Positions 33,137-45,498 of a stretch of 64,000 bases of DNA are shown in pieces. The stretch lies in NCBI GenBank assembly GCA_965240325.2, contig OZ251223.1, positions 1,922,001 to 1,986,000 of the forward strand, in the 5' to 3' direction. Within the stretch, counting starts at the first letter, position 1. Each line of letters opens with the position of its first letter. Made by a program: the position numbers and the translations under genes. The notes beneath the pieces are model-generated. The model was not told the origin of the DNA. It saw only the letters and a program-made list of their open reading frames with translations, and did no database searches. The DNA is from Rebecca billardiae RCC1528. Lineage: Eukaryota; Protista; Haptophyta.

Positions 33137-35362
33137 TCACCAGATCCGGAAGCCGAACAGGCTTCCAAACTTGGCGGCATCACCTGCGCCATCCCCAGCG
33201 CACGCGGTCGACGAAGCAGCCTGCTGCTCGCTCTGATCGTGGCCTGCGCTAGCATTTGCCCGCGCCGCGCTCGCACTGCCGTCGCTCTGCGACATCAGCC
33301 CAAAGGGGATGCCGCCGTTGAGGTCAGCGCTGCCCGCTCTGGACTGGGCGGCCGGGGTGACGCCGCCGATCGCGCCGTTGGCGACCATCTTGGGGCTCTC
33401 CGGCGAGCCCGGCCGCGTCGCTCGCATGCGCCGCCGCGCAAGCCCCGAGTGCCCAGACGAGCTCCCGCCCGACGTGGGCGGCGAGTCGGGCAGCCCAAAG
33501 GGCGCGCGCGTGGACTTGGCGACGTAGTGCAGCGTGGCGAGGGTGGGCCTGCGCTTCTGCCGGAGCCAGGAGAGCACCTCGTGCGCATGGGACGGCGCCG
33601 GGGTCGCCGATGCCGCACGCGCGGTGCGCGCCAACGCCTCCGCCTCGCCATCGTCCCCGGCCGCGCGCGTGCCCGAGCTGAAGCTCACGACCGCGCTGGT
33701 CGCGCGCTTGCGCACGTGCGAGCGGCGCCCGCCCGGCCCGTCGGGCCAGAGCGGGTCGGCTGCCGGCGCGCCGGGCAGGCTGAAGAGCGTGCGCCGCCGC
33801 AGCCCGCCCGGCCTTGCGACGCTCCCCGTCGCGACCGCCTCCGCCTTGGACGCGAGGCCCGAGCCTGCCACCGCGCCGGCCGGGTGCAGGCCCTCAGCCG
33901 CACCCATCGCATGGAGCGCCGCGCCATGAGCCATCACGGTCGCGGTGCGCGCGGACGCCGCCGCCGCGGCGAGTGCGGCGTCGCGCTCGGAGGCCTCGCC
34001 GCTCACGGGCACGTTGCCCGCGTGCTCGACGCTCGGCGCCGCGTCCGCGACCGCCGCCTCCATCGCGCCGTCGTCAAAGCCGGCTGCGCTCAGCGCCCTC
34101 GCGCGCCCGCGCCCCTGCGTGCACAGCCCGTGCGTCGGCGGCGGGCCTGGCTCTCCGCTGCCGCCCTGCACGCGCGCGTGCAGCGCCTCCATGGCGGACG
34201 AGAACTCGCAGAAGCTCGTGACGTTCTCGGAGCCGATGGTGCTGGCCAGCCAACGACGGCCGTCCTCCATGAGCACGGGCTCGCCGCGCTCGTCGAGCGA
34301 CAGCCCGATGTTGGCCAGCGACTGCTCCGTCAGCTCGTACCCCGCGCCGTCCGGCCGGCGCACCATCTCGATCAGCATGCCGTTGCGCGGGTTCTGCGTG
34401 CCCTCGAAGACCTCGACGGGCCAGTGGAACCAGCGCATGAGGAAGAGGCGCACCGTGAGCCCGTGCGAGACGATCACCGCCTGCGCGCGAGCGCGGCAGA
34501 CGCGGCCGGTTGGCCGCGGCCGGGTGCGTGGCGCCGTGGTGAGCGCCGCGCGCGCTGCGATCGGGCGGCCGAGGGCGGCGCGCGCGCGTGCCGCGGGGCG
34601 GCGCGCGCGCACGTTGGTGTCGCCGCGCAGCGAGTCGGAGACGATGTCGCGCGCGAGCGTCTCGAGGAACGTGGACACGCGGTCGTACACGTCAGCGCCC
34701 GACTCGCCGTTCGGGAAGCGGTAGAAGAAGCGCCCAAACTTGGCGCGCTCCTCCTTGGCGGAGCGCATGCCCTCCGACTGCTGGAAGTTGCCGAAGTCCT
34801 GCTCGCGCAGCCGCGGCTCCATGCGGTACTCCACGAGCTGGCCGGGCGAGAGCTGCATCGCCACGTTCGCGAATGTCTCGCGCGTGCGGTAGTACGGCGA
34901 GACGTAGAAGACGCACGGGTCGTCGCCGATCGCCGCCTTGAGCCTCTGGCCTGCCTCGACCGCCTGCCGGTGGCCGCGCGCGGAGAGGCGTACGCGCCAG
35001 TCCGGCGTCTTCTCGTAGACGCTCTCGTCCACGTTCCCGTAGGACTCGCCGTGCCGGATCAGCATGATGCGCTTCGGCAGCTGGTGAACGTGCGCATCGT
35101 CAAGCTCGTCATCAGATGCGCCGAGCATCGCTGGGAGCGCATGCTCTGCGGCAGAGCGCAGCGTGCGGCGGCGCGAGCGCGAGCGGCACAGGAACGACAG
35201 GCAGAAGAGGCAGAGGAGACCCACACCGGCCCCAAGCCGGACGCCGCCCCCCAGAGCCTGCCCGTGCACATGCTGAAGCCATGTGCCGACAGTCCGTGCG
35301 GACGCAGGTTGTGGCTTCTCGACGCGCGCGCCACGGACCTGGTGTCCGCGCCGGCCACCCAT
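33137..35362 (-). CDS. Histidine phosphatase (phosphoglycerate mutase family, DET1/At3g05170-like); intron 34612-34481
   Basis: RIMLIRHGES, LREQDFGNFQ, FGRFFYRFPNGESGADVYDRVSTF, VSHG. Start uncertain (35362 or 35128). Confidence 0.88.
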   Translation of the reverse strand: MGGRRGHQVRGARVEKPQPASARTVGTWLQHVHGQALGGGVRLGAGVGLLCLFCLSFLCRSRSRRRTLRSAAEHALPAMLGASDDELDDAHVHQLPKRIMLIRHGESYGNVDESVYEKTPDWRVRLSARGHRQAVEAGQRLKAAIGDDPCVFYVSPYYRTRETFANVAMQLSPGQLVEYRMEPRLREQDFGNFQQSEGMRSAKEERAKFGRFFYRFPNGESGADVYDRVSTFLETLARDIVSDSLRGDTNVRARRPAARARAALGRPIAARAALTTAPRTRPRPTGRVCRARAQAVIVSHGLTVRLFLMRWFHWPVEVFEGTQNPRNGMLIEMVRRPDGAGYELTEQSLANIGLSLDERGEPVLMEDGRRWLASTIGSENVTSFCEFSSAMEALHARVQGGSGEPGPPPTHGLCTQGRGRARALSAAGFDDGAMEAAVADAAPSVEHAGNVPVSGEASERDAALAAAAASARTATVMAHGAALHAMGAAEGLHPAGAVAGSGLASKAEAVATGSVARPGGLRRRTLFSLPGAPAADPLWPDGPGGRRSHVRKRATSAVVSFSSGTRAAGDDGEAEALARTARAASATPAPSHAHEVLSWLRQKRRPTLATLHYVAKSTRAPFGLPDSPPTSGGSSSGHSGLARRRMRATRPGSPESPKMVANGAIGGVTPAAQSRAGSADLNGGIPFGLMSQSDGSASAARANASAGHDQSEQQAASSTACAGDGAGDAAKFGSLFGFRIW

Positions 35363-35704
35363 CGGCGGCAGCTGACGTGCTGCTCAACGCACGCGGCGCT
35401 GGAGACGCGGCAAACACGCGGCAGCCCCCTTGGGGTCGAGGTGCCTGTGCTCGAGCTCGCCGCGCTCGATTGCGCTACGCGGACGCACGATGGCTTCTTA
35501 CTGTATTACACTTGCGGACCGGGACGAATCTGAGTCTGGCGTGGAAACTCAAGAGCGTGGAAATAAGCGCAGTTTCTGATTTCCGTGCAAGTCAGCCGTA
35601 ATATACGCTGCATTGGCCAATCAGCTGCGGCCGCCTCGCGCGAGCTCGCGCCCGCCGGCTGCCGTCGGACGCGCGCTCCGCCTGCACCTCGCGTGACCGC
35701 CATC

Positions 35705-37791
35705 ATGTCCGCGAACGGCACGGGCAAGCAGCGCGCGACGCTCAAGCGCATGCGCACGTCGAGGTACGCGGAGTGGGACGAGCGCCCCTCGTCGACGGCC
35801 CCCGCACGCATGCCGCTCTCGCCGGAGTCGCCCAAGCCGCCGCCGCCGAAGATGTTTGCAGGTGGGCAGAGTTGCGCTGAGCGGTACACGTACTACGCCT
35901 CGCCATGGGCGGCGCAGCCGCAGCCGCCGTGGTTCCCAGAGGAGGGCCACCCGTCGTGCTACTCGAAGACCCGCGTCGCCGAGTACCAGCTCCTCGACTT
36001 CAACCCGCAGCTCAACACGTCGTCGTACGTGAACGTTGTCTTCGAGCCGGAGGAGGACCAGGTGGCGCTCATGGGGCTCCGCGTGAACATCGCGGACCAG
36101 ACGATCTACCCAGGCTCGTTCAGGCTGCACAACGACGCGCTCAACATGGTCGCCGACCTGTGGCACTGCCCCAAGCCGCCGGGCTTTGACGAGTACGGCT
36201 GCTTCCCGGGCGCGGGCACGGTCGGCTCGACCGAGGCGTGCCTGCTCGCCGGCCTCGCGCTCAAGTTCCGCTGGCGCGCGTGGTACGCGAAGCGGCACGG
36301 GCTGACGGAGCACCAGGTGCGCGCGGTCTACCCCAACCTCGTGATCTCCACCCAGTTCCAGGCGTGCTGGGAGAAGATGTTCAAGTACATGGACGTCGAG
36401 CCCAACTTTGTGACGCCGAGCGTCGACTCTTTCACGCTCGACGCGGACGAGGTCGCGCGGCACATCAACGACAAGACGATCGGCGTGGTGTGCATCCTGG
36501 GGAACCACTACGGCGGGCAGTACGACCCGGTCGCCGCCGTCGGCGCCGCGATCGACCGCGTCAACGCCGAGAACGGCTGGTGCGTCGGCATCCACGTGGA
36601 CGCTGCCTCGGGCGGGTTCATCGCGCCCTTCCAGGACGGCATCCCGCCGTGGGACTTCCGCGTGCCGCAGGTGCTGAGCATCTCGGCGTCGGGGCACAAG
36701 TTCGGCGAGTCGTGCTGCGGCACGGGCTGGGTGGTCTGGCGCGAGCGCAAGAACCTCGCCGAGTTCGTCGCGATCAACGTCTCGTACCTCGGCGGCAAGG
36801 CTGAGTCGTACACGCTCAACTTCTCGCGGCCCGCGTCGGGCGTCTGTGCGCGCGCGCCGCGAGACGCGCGCCGCGAGATGCGCGCCGCTGCTGCGCACCG
36901 TTGCTGCGCGCACGCGCGCGCGCAGCCGCGCGCGCGGGTCGTGTGGCAGGCCGTGCCTGACGCACCCACGCGCGCGCGCGCCGCTCCCCCGCGCGCCGCG
37001 CGCACCCGACGCGCGGCCGCAGACGTGCAGCTGTACAAGTTCCTGCGGCTGGGCAAGGAGGGTGCGCGCTCACGCGCCGCTGCTGCTGCCGCTGATGCCC
37101 GCCGTGCGGGCGCGGGCGCTGGCGGCGCACCCGCTCCCCACCTCGGCGCGCGCCTGACCGCGCGCGCCGCGTGCGCCGCGCGCAGGCTACCGCATGCTCA
37201 CGGGCAACCAGATGGCGACCGCCGAGTTCATCCGGTGCGGCCTCAAGGCGATGATGCACGACGACAAGCCGCTCTTCAAGATTCTGGACAACGGCTCGAC
37301 CAACTGCCTGCCGGTCGTGACCGCGATGCTGCACCCCGATCTCTCGCTGCCGTACGACGCGATCGACCTGCAGCACGTGCTCGCCGAGCGGCACTGGTAT
37401 GTCTCGGGGTACAAGGTGCGCGCACACAGCGCGCGCGCGCTCAGCACCGCGCGTGCCCGCCCGATCACCACCGCCTGCGCGCGCGCTCTGAGCCCCGCCT
37501 GCACCGCCTGCCCGTGTGCCCGTGCGCCCGTGCGCGCGTCACCTGCGGCAGATGCAATTCCACGAGCCGGTGAGCGGCGACACGGTGCCGCTCTTCACCG
37601 ACATGCCGGCAGAGACGACGATGTTCCGCATCGTGGTGAAGTCCAACCTGACGCGCGCTCTCGCGGGCGACCTGCTCACCTCGATCGGCAACAGCGTGCA
37701 GTTCCTCGAGCAGGTGGGCGAGGGGTACGCCGCCATGCACCAGGTCGAGGTGAAGAAGTCCAAGTCTGGCGCGCACATCACGGTGTGCTGA
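35705..37791 (+). CDS. GAD: Glutamate decarboxylase; introns 36846-37022, 37062-37185, 37416-37551
   Basis: PQLNTSSYV, TVGSTEACLLAGLALKFRW, CWEKM, IHVDAASGGF, SGHKF (PLP lysine), TLNFSRP, QLYKFLRLG, FRIVVK. Confidence 0.95.
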
Positions 37792-38580
37792 GGCGGCCCG
37801 ATGGCCGAGCTCTCGTCCAGTCGCGCGCGGTGCCACGAGCTACGAGGCCGTTTCTGGCGCAGGCGGAGGCCACCGCCCGAGCCAGAGCTTAAATGCTGCC
37901 CCGCCGCGTCGCATCTGCCAGCTGCATGCTGAGTGTGCGCGTGGTCGGCCGTTCGGCCGAGTGCCGCCGCGGCGCCCGCGAAACTCGACGGGACAGGCCT
38001 GCTAAGTAGTGCGCATAGCCGTCAGCAGCCCGATCATATGCAGCAGCTCACGGTTGACGGTACCCGACTCCGCGGTCCCGAGTGCCGAATATTAGTGGCG
38101 CGGCGGGTCGGGGCCCGACCGGGTCGCGATAGTACCGGCGGTACTCTGAATCAGATGATACCGTGATACGAGCTGCGCTGAGCCGACACGGTGCGGGTAG
38201 CTAGACGGAGACTAGTACTCTTATGCTGTAGCCTGTAGTATACTGTAACTGAGTGTACTGCAGATAGACTGCTCATCACGAGTTATCATCTGCCATCTGG
38301 CGCCGCACATCGTCATCTTGATCTGCTGACTGCTGCAATAAGACTCTGCGCGCTGCTTTTTCAATAACCGCCGACGATCGAGCGCAGATCGATCGGACAT
38401 CATCGTCTAGACTCCAGCGACCCACCTCCGCAGTCCGCCAGCACGTCGTCCGACATCACCGCGACCCTGTCTCCTCGTCTGCCGGCTCCCGTCGGGCACC
38501 GGCGACGCCGATCGGCGCGCGCGGCGCGGCCGCGCGGCGCTAGGCGGCTACGACGACGACGTGACACTGACCACCGGCGG

Positions 38581-41500
38581 CTATGTGATCTCGTGCAAGC
38601 TGCGGGCGATCGCCGTGATGGCCGGTGGAGCGAGGAGGAGGTCCGCCTTTGTCGGCTCACGCCCTTGGTCCTGCGACCGCGGGCAGCATGCAAGGGGCGG
38701 CGATGTGCGATGCGTGAGGGGCGCGGGCGGCGACACCGTGCACGCGCGCCTCCGCAGGTCCGGCCGCGGCCAACCCAGCGGCGCGGGGCGGGGTAGGCGC
38801 GCGCGCGGGCGCGCGCACCTTGAGCAGCTTGTCCTTCCACTTCTTGTACATGGTGAGCTTGTCCTCGACGCGCTTCTCCGCGGCGTTGAGGGGGCGGTTG
38901 GGGTCGGGCTTGTCCGTGCGCGTCGAGGGGACGCGCGTGAGCCCGCCCTCGATCGTGCCGTGGTTGCGGTTGCCCGACGAGTCGATGCACAGGTCGCCCG
39001 CGCCCTCGTTGAAGGTCCACTGGCCGATCAGCCCGGGCGTCAGCCCGGCGAGCGGCTCGTTCATGTTCTCGCGGATCTCGGCGTCGGAGCGGCAGACGTT
39101 CCAGATGCGCACCTCGTCGATGAGCCCGTCCCACGCCGCCTTGTTCGGGTGCGCGCCGATGCACAGGTCCGCCTTCGTGTAGTGCAGCGCGTCGATCTCC
39201 TCCTCCTTCTCCGCCTTGAACTCGACCGAGTCATGCGTCGTGCCGTTGATCACGATCCGCAGGTGCTGCCCGTCGTACGTGCCGGCGACGTGCGTCCAGA
39301 CGAAGGGCTCGATCATCGCCTGCACCTTGGTCGTGGCGTACCCGGGCGTGAGCCAGAAGTTCACCTGCGGCACCTCCTCCACGTCGCCCTTGCCCGCGCC
39401 GTACTTGGCGAGCGCGAAGCCGGTCTTCCAGCCCATGTCCGCCTTGGAGAGCACGGTCGCGTACGGCGGCCACGCGCGCGCGAGCAGCCACGCCTCGACG
39501 GTGAAGGTGTTGCGCAGGGTGCCGATCGTGCCGCCCTGCCCCTTCACCGCGACGTACTGCGTCGGGTCGGCCGTCGTGTCCAGGCACGCCACCTGGTGGA
39601 ACGTCGTGATGTCCACCACCTGCACGACGTCGGACGCGTGGCCGCTCTTGTCGAGGCCGCCAAACGTGAAGAGCTCGCCACACGCGCACGCGCACGCGAT
39701 CGAGTGCTTGGGGATGACGCCCTGCTCGAGCTTGGTCCAGGTGACGCCGTACAGGTTGAGCATCATCACGTCCTCGTGCAGCGAGTTCGACTCGTCCAGC
39801 CCGCCGATCACGAGCATCTGCCCGGTCGGCTCGATCAGCACGGCCGAGTGCAGCTCGCGCGCGCTCGGCAGCTCGCCCGCCGCCTCGGGCAGCTTCCACT
39901 CGGCGACGCCCGCGCCCGTGTCGAGCACGTGCAGGTCGTCGAGGCAGCCGAGGTCGGAGCGCCCGCCGAAGATCCACAGCGACTCCTTGAACGCGATCAC
40001 CGAGTGGTGCTCGCGCTTGCTCGGCGGCTCGCCCGTCGTGCGCGAGCCGAGCGCATCCACGGACGAGTGGTAGCACGTCCACGTGCAGCTGAGAGAATCG
40101 AAGCAGAACACGTCCGCCAGCCGGCCCGAGCTGTCCTTGCCGCCGACGAACCAGAAGGTGGCCTCGCCGATGGCCGTGCGCATCGTCGCGATCTGCGCGC
40201 CGCTCGTCGCGTGCGGCGGCTCGCCCTTCACCGGCAGCCGCGCGCGCCGCAGCTCGCCCGAGACGCGCAGCTCGTCGAGGGACGTGTGCCAGACGCCGTC
40301 GATGCGCTCGGTCGCGCTCGGCTGCGCAAACATGTACAGCGAAGCGTCGACGGCGGCGAGGGCGGTGGTCTCGGGGAGGAGCGGGCCCTTCATCTCGTGG
40401 GCCTCCCAGTGCCGCGGCCCCGTGTGGAACAGGTGGAGCACGTCGTGCTTCGGCGGCCGCGCGCCCTCCGCCCTCGCGATCGGCCGCCGCACGACCATCA
40501 TACTCGCCGCGCGCGCGCAGTCGCGCGCGCTCATCGGCGGCGGCAGCGCCTCCGGCAGCGTCGCCTCGTCGGCGAAGACGGTCTTGTGCACGATGCCCTC
40601 GGGCGCGCTCGCGTACGACGACATCACGCACACCTTGAAGGGCGAGCCGAAGATCGGCACGCGGTCCAGCGCCACCGACACCGAGTACCAGCCGGCGAAG
40701 TTGCTCGCCCAGCTCACGTCGTACACGCCGTTGCCGTTGTCCGACAGCTCCGCCTCCGTGCTCCACTGCGCGCTCGCGCGGCACGGGGGCGCGCGCGCGG
40801 CCGGCCGGGGCGCGGGCGAGCTCGGCACGCGCGCGCGCGCCACCGCGCCGCGTGCCGCTTGCGCGCGGCGCGCGCGGCGCGCGCGGCCGTGACGCGGCCG
40901 TGACGCGGCCGCGATCACCTTTTTGATGAAGCTGGTCGCCTCCTTTTGGAAGGTGGAGAGGGCGTCCACGTGCACGCGGAACACGTCGCCGCCGGAGACG
41001 CGGCGGTTGTTGTACGCGTCGCGCGCGACGATCTGGAACGCGCACGCGACGCCCGCGACGCCCTCGTGCAGCCCCTCGCCGAACGCGCGGCAGTTGGTCG
41101 GGTCGGTCTTGCCTGTGCGGCAGCGGCGGCGGCGGCCGGTCGCGGCCCGCGGGCGCGTGCGCGTGACGTTTGCGCGGCGCGCACGCGCTCGAGTCGGCGC
41201 GCCCGGGGAGAGACGGGCGCGCGCGACGCGGGCAGCCGGCGCGCAGGCGCCGCTGCGCGCGCGCACCTGGCTCGAACGACGCCTTGAACGGCGTGCCCGC
41301 GAGCCGCGTGCCGTTGACCGAGACCATGATGTCAACATCGCCGAGCGCGCGCGTAGGCAGGTACGTGCACGTGTACGAGCCGTCCGAGTTGTCGATCACG
41401 TGGCAGTCGACGGCGTGGCCCTTGCCCTTGCGCGGGAGCAGCTTCGCGACGACCACGTCCCCGCCGCGCGTACGGTTCTCGCCGTGGCTGTCCTTGCACT

Positions 41501-41774
41501 GCACCTGGAACATGGCCGCCTGGCCGACCACCCCTCCACTCAGCCCCTTGCCCATCGCGACGGAATGGCGCCCTGCGCGCGCGCGGCGTGCGCGGGCGAC
41601 GGCGGGACGCGCGGCCGGCCGGGTGAGACGAGATGCTCTCGTGCGGCTGGCGGCGGGCACGAGGCTCGTCGCCAGCCGCACACGCGTACGAGCACGCGGC
41701 CGTCTCCTCGCGCGGCGGCCGCGGCCGCACGCACCGCTTGTGGCGATATGCACATCCTGCGCGAAGCCGACCAT
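38581..41774 (-). CDS. Filamin-repeat / kelch / LamG (concanavalin A-like) multidomain protein; introns 41734-41573, 41266-41113, 40918-40766, 38818-38671
   Basis: Two filamin repeats (DNSDGSYTCTY, DNGNGVYDVSW..GSPF), kelch GG motifs (FVGG, IFGG, VIGG, TFGG), LamG (FTVEAW, WTHVAGTYDG, GLIDEVRIWN), C-terminal WKDKLLK|DQGREPTKADL. Confidence 0.85.
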
Positions 41775-42112
41775 GGCTTCGGACTCGGCGGCCCTAGTCT
41801 ATCGCACCCGCGTGACGCGGCGGCCACACCGACCGGCAGAGCCGCAACGCCCCCGCACGCGGCAAGCACGGGCCGGAGACAACCACCACCGGCCCGGGCG
41901 GTGACTTTGCACGATGGAGTCGTTCGTTACCGCGTAACCGGTAACGGAAGGCCCCGCCCGCCATTTTGGACCAAGCACTTCTAGGGAAGTTCCAAGCTCA
42001 AAGGCCAAAGCCGGTCTGGTTCGTCAGTGCTTCCGGCTTCGGGCATTTCGGCGGCTTCCACGCGTCGACGGCCGAACGGCAGCGACCGCGGGCGGCGTAC
42101 GTGTTCTCGACG

Positions 42113-44033
42113 ATGACGACGATGGTGCACAGGCGAGCGACTTTCGCGCTGGTGGCTCTGGCTGCCATGGCGTCGGCGCGGCACGCCGCGCCAATGCCGC
42201 GCCGGCCCGAGCTGCAGCAGGCCCGGCCGAGCGTGCTGCTCGCACAGCGCGGCGGCCATCTCGCGCTGCGCTCGCGCGGCGGCTCGACTGCGTCGAGCTC
42301 TACGCCCAAGTTGGGCCTGATCCCCGTGCATCGCAAGGAGATGCCCATGTTCCTTACCTTCGCCGCGATGATGTTCTTCACCATCTTTATCTTCACCATG
42401 GTGCGTGACACGAAGGACACGCTCGTGGTGACGGCTGCGGGCGCGGAGGCGATTGCCTTCCTCAAGGTGTACTTTGTGATCCCGGCGAGCATGCTCTTCT
42501 TCCTCGTGTACGCGAAGATGTCGTCGGTGCTGAGCAAGCGCACCCTCTTCGTCTCGACCATGCTCCCCTTCATCGCCTTCTATGCGCTCTTCGGGTGCGC
42601 GCAGCGCGTGTGCGAGCGCGGCGCGCGTGGCGAGGGCGCGCCGCGCGCGCGGCCGCGCGCGCGCGCACGCGCGCTGACGCGCGACCGCCGTCGGCGCGGC
42701 GCTCGTCGGCGAGCAGCTTCGTGCTCTACCCGCTGCGCGACCAGATCCACCTCGACTCGATCCCGAACGTGCCGCAGGGCCTCACGTACGCCGTGAAGCT
42801 CTTCCAGTACTGGTCGTTCACTCTCTACTACATTGTGTCCGAGCTGTTTGGCAGCGTGGGCGTGCCGCTCCTCTTCTGGCAGACGGCGAACGACATCGTC
42901 GGCGTGGAGCAGGCGAAGCGGTGGTACCCGCTCTTCGCGCTCTTCGGCAACGCCGGCCCCATCGTCGCGGGCCAGACCTCCGCCTTCGTCAACCGCAAGT
43001 ACGAGTACGGCACGGCGCTGCGCATGCTCACCATCCTCGTGATCGCGGCGGGCGCGGGCGTGATCGGCACGTTCGGCAACGTGCAGCGGCTGCACGCGCT
43101 GGACGTGCGGGAGAAGGAGCGCGCGGCGGAGCAGCAGGCGGTCGAGGCGGCGGGCAGCGCGCCCGCCCCGCCCGCCGACGCCGCCGCCGCCCCGCCCGTC
43201 GTGAAGAAGAAGAAGCCCAAGCTCACGATGATGCAGTCACTCGCGGTGCTCGCGCGCTCGCAGTACCTCGGCCTCGTGTGCGCGCTCGTGCTCTCGTACG
43301 GGCTGGCGATCGAGTTCACCGAGATCATGTGGAAGGCGGTGATCAAGATGTACTTCCCGGACAAGTCGGACTACATGAAGTTCATGGGGCAGTACTCCAC
43401 CGCCATCGGCGTGACCACCTTCCTCATGACGCTGATCGGCGGCCGGATCCCGAAGATCCTCGGGTGCGCGAGCCGCGCACGCACCGCGCGCGCGCACCGA
43501 GCGCGGACCGATTGATGATGGGCGTGCCGCGCGCCCCCGCCCTCGCGCGCCCCCGCCCGCCGCGCAGCTGGCGCGCGGGCGCGCTCGCCACGCCGCTGGT
43601 CATCGGCTCCCTCTCGTGGCTCTTCTACGCGTACATCACGTTTGGCGACGTGACGCACTCGCGCGCGACGCTCAAGATGGCGGTGATCGTGGGCACGACG
43701 CAGAACGTGCTGAGCAAGGCGGTCAAGTACGCGCTGTTCGACCCGACGAAGGAGATGGCGTACATCCCGCTCGACGAGGACTCGAAGCTCAAGGGCAAGG
43801 CCGCCATCGACGTGCTCGGCGCACGCATCGGCAAGTCGGGCGGCGCCCTGATCCAGCAGGCCATCGTGATGGTGACTGGCTCCATCCTCGCCGGCGCGCC
43901 CGTGATTGCCGCCATGTTCAGCGGCGTGATCGTCGCGTGGGTGTACTCGGTGAACAAGCTCAGCGTGCTCTTCAAGGCCAAGCTGCGCGAGCATCAGCAG
44001 GCGGAGGACGCCGCGGCCGCAGCGCCCATGTAG
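42113..44033 (+). CDS. NTT: Plastid-type ATP/ADP transporter (NTT/TLC family); introns 42595-42716, 43464-43567
   Basis: RDTKDTLVV, AEAIAFLKV, LFWQTAN, AKRWYPLF, QNVLSKAVKYALFDPTKEMAYIPLD..KGKAAIDVLGARIGKSGG. Confidence 0.95.
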
Positions 44034-45099
44034 GGCACGTCCTAGCCGGGGGCAGTCGCGCGCCTCTGGCACCGTCACTCCGACGTCCGACGGCGGACGG
44101 CCTGCCGCTGCCGCCGCGGGCCTTTGGGGCAGGCTGCGCTCGTCACTCGATGCGTGCGATGCGCATGCCGCCAACCGTGATGGCGCCAGTGCGGACTGCG
44201 CATCACTTCAATGCAGACCGCGCGATTGGACCTGGCGCGGGCGCGGCGCGGGCGCGGCGGTGCGGCAGGCTGTCACTGACTGTCACACCGCATGCCAGCC
44301 AGCCAGGGGCAGGTGCACTCCAGGTGACCAGGTCAAGGTGTACTCTGTGTAGCCTGGTGAGCGGCTGCGGTCCTATCGCTGGCGTCGGCGAATGCGGAGT
44401 GAGATTGAGCGGTCCTGACCCGTGGACCGTCGTGAGCCGCCAGTCAGCTTCGTCGCCTTCGATCGGACCGAATAAGTCCGAACACGGCGTCACTGGCGTG
44501 CTCGGGAGTACGCTGTCATACGGGAGTACCCGTGCTCGGTCCGCGAGTCGCCGGGGCCGTGTCAGCAGGCGGCCGGGCGCGGCCCGCCCGCGCCGCCAGC
44601 GCCATAATCCGTCGGACCCGCCGGCGGACTCACCGGCCGCACTGCCACTGGTCGACGGTCGTCGTCGAACACGCCGCCGGCCCGGAAGGCGGACGAATAC
44701 TAAACCGCGCGCGGGCGCTTTAAAACGCAGCTGGCATCAGTAAGAGTGATATACTACTGACAACTTGGTGATGAGCTGCTGCCATAACGCTTCAACGACT
44801 GCTGTCTGCTGGACCATGCACGGGCACTCGGCCATCCGCATAATAAGATAATTCCGACAGCAGAGTGGTATCAGCCATCACCTCTGAGTCTGACTCGGAC
44901 GGCTGAGACCGCTAGGCGCTACTGTATATGATGATCGTCCGACGATACCGGAGAGGAGCAAGGGAGGCTAAAAAAATAATAATAACGACTATAGAGTATT
45001 ACATAGTTACTACCACTTTGTATAACAGCTAGCAGCCCCTGCTTGGTCAATAAGGAGGAGCGCTCTCGTCCTGTAACTAGCTAGAATCTCCTACTACTA

Positions 45100-45352
45100 C
45101 AGTTGACGAAGAATAAGAGACGCACACAGAGTCTGGGCGGGCGAGATTGACGCCCGCCAACTGTCACCGCCCATGAACTACAGTATGAAGCCGTCGCTGA
45201 TGGCCGTGATGCCTAGCGCCGTCGGCGTCGGAAGAGTCGTTCAGCCGTCCGCCTGCGAGGCCCGGATGAGGGCTGCGGCCGCCTCGCGGCGCGCCAGCGC
45301 CCGTCGTCCTCGCCCCACCGTCGTCCACAAACTAAGCTACGTCGTCGTCCGA
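45100..45352 (+). mobile_element. Left end of the Tc1/mariner-like MITE family
   Basis: TA|CAGTTGACGAAGAATAAGAGACGCAC...; colinear with 9683-9900. Confidence 0.7.
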
Positions 45353-45498
45353 AGTACTTACTCTTCTGATCATGAGTCTGAGTGCAAGCCTGGGTGAGGG
45401 TAACCCCTGATCACCGCCCTTGGTCTGACACGATGAACAACAGACGACTGTGAAATGGACGAAACTTCAAACTTGACACGACATTGAGGCCAAGCGCG

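Noticed and set aside
1618-37791. Apparent 'neurochemistry' cluster (gephyrin/CNX1, KMO, DBH-like, GAD)
   Set aside because: The genes are dispersed among unrelated housekeeping genes and all have ordinary metabolic roles in algae. There is no evidence of a functional cluster.
38561-40903. Long antisense or alternative-frame ORFs (here and at 33239-35533, 46819-48402, 60313-61890, etc.)
   Set aside because: They are expected shadows of very GC-rich coding sequence: Arg/Ala/Gly-rich and without motifs.
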